A DNA stretch of 31,025 bases, from NCBI GenBank assembly GCA_031372065.1, contig JANMKN010000327.1:1-31025 (forward strand), given 5' to 3'. The translations under genes and the position numbers were made by a program. This DNA is from Abditibacteriaceae bacterium. GTDB lineage: Bacteria; Armatimonadota; Abditibacteriia; Abditibacteriales; Abditibacteriaceae. The notes under the pieces are model-generated. The model saw only the letters and a list, made by a program, of their open reading frames with translations, made no database searches and was not told the origin of the DNA. Shown in pieces: positions 29,204 to 31,025 of the stretch; position 1 is the stretch's first letter; each line of letters starts with the position of its first letter.

Positions 29204-29317
29204 ATGAAAGTGCGCGCTTCCATCAAAAAGCGTTGTGAAAACTGCCGGATCATTCGCCGCCACGGTAAGGTATTGGTGATCTGTTCAACAAAGAAGCATA
29301 AGCAACGGCAGGGGTAA
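29204..29317 (+). CDS. rpmJ: 50S ribosomal protein L36 (Zn-binding form)
   Basis: Not in the ORF track; translated by hand as [37 protein letters not shown]. Confidence 0.98.
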   Translation: MKVRASIKKRCENCRIIRRHGKVLVICSTKKHKQRQG

Positions 29318-29318
29318 A

Positions 29319-29396
29319 CAGTTATGAGTTTTGGGTTGTGAGTTTTGAGTTGACGAAATATTCGACTCAAAACTCAAAATTCATCACTCAAAACTC
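29319..29396. repeat. Heptamer-repeat palindrome (GAGTTTT type)
   Basis: GAGTTTT GGGTTGT GAGTTTT GAGTTGA ... TCGACTC AAAACTC AAAATTC ATCACTC AAAACTC. Confidence 0.92.
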
Positions 29397-29407
29397 CGAA
29401 GGATTAA

Positions 29408-29779
29408 ATGGCACGAATTGCAGGAATTGATTTGCCGCGCGACAAGCAAGTAGGCACGGCGCTGACCTATATTTATGGGATTGGCGAAGCATTGGCATTG
29501 GAAGTTTTAGCTGCGGCTGAGATTGCGCCGGATGTGCGTGTGCGCGATCTCAGTGATGCGGATGCTGCGCGCTTGCGTGAAATCGTCGAGCGCGACTTTC
29601 GCGTCGAAGGCGACTTGCGCCGCGAAGTGAACGCCAGCATCAAGCGCTTGGTAGAAATCCAATGCTATCGCGGGCAACGTCATCGTCGCGGTTTGCCTGT
29701 GCGTGGTCAGCGCACCAAGACTAATGCGCGCACCCGCAAAGGCCCGCGCAAAACTGTCGGCAGCAAGCGCAAGAAGTAA
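29408..29779 (+). CDS. rpsM: 30S ribosomal protein S13
   Basis: [44 protein letters not shown]. Confidence 0.99.
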   Translation: MARIAGIDLPRDKQVGTALTYIYGIGEALALEVLAAAEIAPDVRVRDLSDADAARLREIVERDFRVEGDLRREVNASIKRLVEIQCYRGQRHRRGLPVRGQRTKTNARTRKGPRKTVGSKRKK

Positions 29780-29793
29780 TTTAGAAAGGCAAA

Positions 29794-30177
29794 ATGGCTG
29801 AACAACGCGGCTCACGGCGAGCCAAAAAAGCGTCTGCCAAAGGGCAGGCATACATTCAAAGCACGTTTAACAACACCATTGTGACGTTGACCGATGGCGA
29901 AGGCAACTGCTACGGTTGGGCTTCGGCGGGCACAGTAGGCTTCAAAGGCACCAAAAAAGGCACGCCTTACGCGGCTTCTGTTGCCGCGCAAAATGTGGCG
30001 CGACGCGCTATGGATGCTGGAATGCGCAAAGTTGATGTGTTCGTGCGTGGCCCCGGTAGTGGCCGCGAGACGGCGATTCGCGCTTTGTCTTCGGCGGGAT
30101 TGGAAATCGGCGCCATCCGCGACGTTACCGCGATTCCGCACAACGGTTGCCGCCCCCGCAAACGGCGACGGGTGTAG
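29794..30177 (+). CDS. rpsK: 30S ribosomal protein S11
   Basis: [35 protein letters not shown]. Confidence 0.99.
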   Translation: MAEQRGSRRAKKASAKGQAYIQSTFNNTIVTLTDGEGNCYGWASAGTVGFKGTKKGTPYAASVAAQNVARRAMDAGMRKVDVFVRGPGSGRETAIRALSSAGLEIGAIRDVTAIPHNGCRPRKRRRV

Positions 30178-30256
30178 CATTTAGCCGATAGCGATTAGCT
30201 TTTAGCGAAGAAAGAGACGCTAAAAGCTAACTGCTAAGAGCTAATCGCTAAAATGC
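30175..30256. repeat. Heptamer-repeat palindrome (TAGCNNT type)
   Basis: TAGCATT TAGCCGA TAGCGAT TAGCTTT TAGCG ... CGCTA AAAGCTA ACTGCTA AGAGCTA ATCGCTA. Confidence 0.92.
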
Positions 30257-30375
30257 ATTGTCGGGCACGAGATGTCCGGCAGGAAAACAAATTGTTTTCC
30301 AGTCGAACCAGTATCAAAATTGTAGTTTTCTTTTGAGCTGTTGTTCGGTTACAGAGCAATTTCGAGGAGAATTTA

Positions 30376-30993
30376 GTGGCAAGATATCGTGGGCCGGTGG
30401 GCAAAGTGTCCCGCCGTCTGGGTTTTGGCATCACGGAAAAAGGCGAGCGCATTCTGAAAAAGCGCCCCACGCCGCCGGGGATGCATGGAGCAGGCGCCCG
30501 TCAGCCGAAGGTTTCGGACTATGGTGTGCGTTTAAAAGAAAAACAGAAAGCGCGCTACATTTACGGCGTGCTGGAAAAGCAATTTCGTCGCGCTTTTGAT
30601 GAAGCCAAGCGTATTCCGGGCGAAACAGGCGCTAACCTGTTTATCCTGTTGGAGCGCCGCCTTGACAACACTGTTTATCGCATGGGATTGGCGCAGACAC
30701 GGGCACAGGCGCGTCAGATTGTGGCGCACGGGCACGTTGTTATTAACGGACGCAAGACTAACATTCCATCTTATCTGGTGAAGCAGGGCGACAGTGTGGG
30801 CATTCGTCCGCAAAGCAAGAACCGTCCATATTTCAAGAATATTTTGGAGAATGGACGTTCTGGTTCGCGTGTTCCGGCTTGGATCGAATACGATCCCGCC
30901 TCATTATCGGCACAGGTCACGACCATGCCGCGCCGCGAAGATGCTGAACCGGGCATTAACGATCTGTTGATTGTCGAATATTATTCGCGTTAA
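30376..30993 (+). CDS. rpsD: 30S ribosomal protein S4 (Zn-free form)
   Basis: GTG start after [44 protein letters not shown]. Confidence 0.98.
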   Translation: MARYRGPVGKVSRRLGFGITEKGERILKKRPTPPGMHGAGARQPKVSDYGVRLKEKQKARYIYGVLEKQFRRAFDEAKRIPGETGANLFILLERRLDNTVYRMGLAQTRAQARQIVAHGHVVINGRKTNIPSYLVKQGDSVGIRPQSKNRPYFKNILENGRSGSRVPAWIEYDPASLSAQVTTMPRREDAEPGINDLLIVEYYSR

Positions 30994-31025
30994 GCCCCAC
31001 AAAAGCGGCACTCGCGCTACGTGAT

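Noticed and set aside
16603..30256. Repeats interpreted as a CRISPR array
   Set aside because: There is no constant 23-47 bp repeat with unique spacers and no cas gene; the units are 7 bp and inverted.
18587..30256. Heptamer palindromes interpreted as intrinsic terminators
   Set aside because: Almost all lack a 3' T-tract and lie inside a normally co-transcribed operon.
30258..30599. 113-aa ORF overlapping the start of rpsD
   Set aside because: Alternative frame of rpsD and its leader, with no motif or SD.

Overview
Bacterial chromosomal window with three parts. (1) 1-10113: a Wsp-like chemosensory cluster (CheR-TPR partial, double CheW, MCP, CheA-REC, CheB, REC-GGEEF diguanylate cyclase) followed by a REC-PAS hybrid histidine kinase. 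(2) 10114-14960: tRNA-Glu(CTC), a decayed ABC-transporter remnant, a TIM-barrel sugar isomerase, a rhomboid protease, apaG, a SirB1-like gene, and two consensus sigma70-type promoters, the first apparently driving a short non-coding transcript. (3) 14962-30993: tuf plus the S10-spc-alpha ribosomal protein superoperon up to rpsD, with no rpsL/rpsG/fusA upstream and no map. The most striking unexplained structure is a set of 17 intergenic palindromes built from 7-bp tandem repeats. Fifteen of the 18 spacers of at least 50 bp between rpsJ and rpsD carry one, and they use about six different heptamer sequences with the same architecture. Also notable is a 143-nt dual-coding overlap of rpsE and rpmD. 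Taxonomy is a tentative impression only (Terrabacteria, possibly Armatimonadota/Abditibacteriota-like). All product calls come from motif recognition, not database searches.
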